Source of the DNA: Hyphomonas sp.
GTDB taxonomy: Bacteria; Pseudomonadota; Alphaproteobacteria; Caulobacterales; Hyphomonadaceae
Assembly (NCBI RefSeq): GCF_036964145.1
Contig: NZ_JBALUC010000005.1
Location: forward strand, 83,012-147,011
Direction: 5' to 3'
DNA length: 64,000 nucleotides
Shown in pieces: positions 63,528-64,000 of this stretch. A program made the position numbers and the translations under genes. The notes below the pieces were generated by a model, which was not told where the DNA came from, searched no databases, and saw nothing but the letters and a program-made list of their open reading frames with translations. How positions within the stretch are numbered: position 1 is the first letter of the stretch; every line of letters begins with the position of its first letter.

Positions 63528-64000
63528 ATGAGCATGGCGAACAAGGATCAGGAAGAGATGTGGAACGGCGTGGGCGGCAAGGCCTGGGTGCGGGCCCAGA
63601 CCCTGCTGGATACGGCGTTCCAGCCCTTCGCGGACATTCTCGTCAAGGCGGTGACGGCGGCAGGCGCGACGTCTGTGCTGGACATCGGGTGTGGCACGGG
63701 CGCGACAACGCTGGCCATGTCTGAGGCGCTGGGGCCGGACGCGGACTGTCTTGGGCTCGATATTTCCGAAACCATGATCACCCATGCGAGGAAACGCGCT
63801 GCCGAGACCGGATCGACGGCGGAGTTCATCGTCGCCGACGCGCAGACCCATCCTTTCGAGGCCGGACGGTTCGGCATGATCACGTCCCGGTTCGGGGTGA
63901 TGTTCTTTGAAGACCCGGTCGCCGCCTTCCGCAATCTGAACCGCGCCGCGCAGCCGGGCACAAACCTGATCATGTTCAGCTGGCGCGGTCCGGAGGAGAA
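63528..64000 (+). CDS. Class I SAM-dependent methyltransferase, 3' end outside window
   Basis: WNG..G..W, VLDIGCGTG, GLDIS, ADAQ, SRFGVMFF.DP.AAF; AAGGAG RBS. Confidence 0.9.
   Translation, partial: MSMANKDQEEMWNGVGGKAWVRAQTLLDTAFQPFADILVKAVTAAGATSVLDIGCGTGATTLAMSEALGPDADCLGLDISETMITHARKRAAETGSTAEFIVADAQTHPFEAGRFGMITSRFGVMFFEDPVAAFRNLNRAAQPGTNLIMFSWRGPEE

Overview
Chromosomal window (about 60-65% GC by eye) from a Hyphomonas-like alphaproteobacterium (Hyphomonadaceae; inferred from gene content such as cpdR, rpoE-chrR, hrcA-grpE/dnaK and an alpha-r8/MmgR sRNA). It is mostly core genes: katE, cpdR, hisN, ggt, tdk, hemW-rdgB, rph, fhs, hrcA-grpE, dnaK, rlmN, thiC with a TPP riboswitch, ruvCAB and lepA, plus three tRNAs. 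The most unusual part is 49.1-57.5 kb. It holds an AT-rich solitary class III nucleotidyl-cyclase-like ORF, a frameshifted slyX and at least six inverted REP doublets (REPIN/MITE-like). An intact 100-aa GIY-YIG nuclease gene is bracketed on both sides by homologous ~160-bp CGTC-tagged doublets. This is the RAYT/REPIN architecture, but with a GIY-YIG nuclease in place of the HUH transposase. Next to it is an unexplained ~480-nt hairpin-rich non-coding tract. A TonB receptor-TPR sulfotransferase-MarR-BCCT cluster lies between two inward-facing tRNA-Arg genes. No CRISPR array, integrase or transposase was seen. All family calls come from motif recognition, not database searches.
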